From Sminthopsis crassicaudata (Eukaryota), in the NCBI RefSeq assembly GCF_048593235.1, contig NC_133617.1, positions 627,544,958 through 627,608,957 of the forward strand: a stretch of DNA of 64,000 nt. Reading direction: 5' to 3'. The position numbers were made by a program, and so were the translations under genes. The notes beneath the pieces are model-generated. The model was not told the origin of the DNA, searched no databases, and worked only from the letters and a program-made list of their open reading frames with translations. Of this stretch, positions 62,789 to 64,000 are shown piece after piece; the stretch's first letter is position 1; every line of letters begins with the position of its first letter.

Positions 62789-64000
62789 ATGGGGCCCGCG
62801 GAAGCTTCTCGGGAGGCGAAGAAGCCGCAGCCATTCTTCGGGGTCTACCTCCTCTACTGCCTGAACCCCAAATATCGAGGCCGCGTCTACGTGGGCTTCA
62901 CTGTAAACCCTTCTCGGCGAGTCCAGCAGCACAACGCCGGCCGCAAGAAGGGCGGGGCGTGGAGGACCAGCGGCCGGGGACCATGGTAACCGAGGCCAGG
63001 GGGCGGGGCTGGGAGGACGCCACGCCTCCCAGCCGCTGTGGGACGTGGGAGCTGGGTCGGGGAAAGCCACCTTCGGGCACTTGTAGCGCTGCTCCACACA
63101 CAGTGTCCCTGACTTCCCTGGTTTCTGCAGGGAAATGGTGCTCATCGTCCATGGCTTTCCTTCCGACGTGGCCGCCCTTAGGGTAAGGGCTCCAGCCGGA
63201 GCGGGGCGAAGAGGTGGTGGGGAAGGGAGGGTGAAGGCCGGGGAGAAGGAAGGGGAATGGAAGCCCTCGCTTTGTGCCCGTGACACCCTGCCCTCCACTA
63301 TCCCCCTTCAGTTTGAGTGGGCTTGGCAGCACCCCGCGGCCTCCCGACGGCTGACTCACGTAAGTGGCAAAAGCAGAAAGGAGGGGGCCTTTGTGTTCCA
63401 CCTCCGGGTCCTGGCCCAGATGCTGCAGGTGGCCCCCTGGAATCGGCTGGCCCTCACCTTGCGCTGGCTGCGGCAGGACTTCCAGCAGGAGCTCAGCCCT
63501 CCCCCGCCCCAGCACATGCCTCTTGCTTTCGGGCCTTGGCAAGCAAGCGGCCCCCAGAGGGAAAGGAGAGGAGTGGGCGCAGAAGCAGCCGAGGTGCTCT
63601 GCCTTCTCTGCCAAAAGCCCATTCAGGTGATCAGCAGTCTTCTCTGGATATGACCAGGGGGAAGCTCTCTAGTGGTAGGAGAGCAATAAAGGAATGTTTC
63701 CCTTACATTATCTCCACCTTTCTCCCTCAGGACAAGGGTGGACCCCTTTGCTGTCCTCACCCCAACTGTCTATTGAATGCTCATGTAATTTGCCTTGCTG
63801 AAGAATTCCTTCAAGAGGAGCCTCAACAGCTTCTGCCCCTTAAAGGCCGCTGTCCAGGGTGAGTGGGTGGCCAGGAAGCTCTGGGAGTTGAGGAAGAAAA
63901 CGGTTTGTGTTTCTTTTCCACTAAATTTCTCCTTTTGGCCCATGTCTTTCTTTGTGTAGCTGTAAGAACACTTTGCTGTGGGGAGACCTGATCCGTCTAC
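62789..64000 (+). CDS. SLX1A: Structure-specific endonuclease subunit SLX1 (GIY-YIG + RING), 3' end outside the window
   Basis: Exons 62789-62985, 63131-63182, 63312-63626, 63731-63858, 63960->64000. FFGVYLL...[20 protein letters not shown]; RING ligands [18 protein letters not shown]. Confidence 0.97.

Overview
Marsupial genomic DNA, most likely a dasyurid (devil/antechinus/dunnart lineage), inferred from WSINE1-like SINEs, an OC1-type hAT MITE and marsupial L1 3' ends. It is the single-copy orthologue of the distal human 16p11.2 block. Gene order: PPP4C (last two coding exons, +), TBX6 (-), YPEL3 (-), GDPD3 (-), MAPK3/ERK1 (-), a ~27 kb repeat-filled interval, CORO1A (+), BOLA2 (-), SLX1 (+, runs off the end). 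All exons were traced by hand with GT-AG boundaries and give intact frames: TBX6 433 aa, YPEL3 119, GDPD3 327, MAPK3 380, CORO1A 461, BOLA2 86. The interval holds two solo LTRs, an ERV 3' remnant, nested L1s, a 7SL retrocopy and a 316-N gap. I see no clear-cut novel multi-gene system. Best leads: (1) a pri-miRNA-shaped 36-bp hairpin ~1 kb upstream of and divergent from MAPK3; (2) an ERV env remnant whose TM heptad segment is tandemly amplified six times just before the immunosuppressive domain; (3) MAPK3 intron 7, the ERK1b/ERK1c intron, which is stop-free in two frames around an A9 run; (4) a Phe-Arg to Cys-His change in the ERK1 alphaC-beta4 loop; (5) a possible 87-aa N-terminal extension of GDPD3. 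Comparisons to human/rodent sequences and repeat family names are from memory and need database confirmation.
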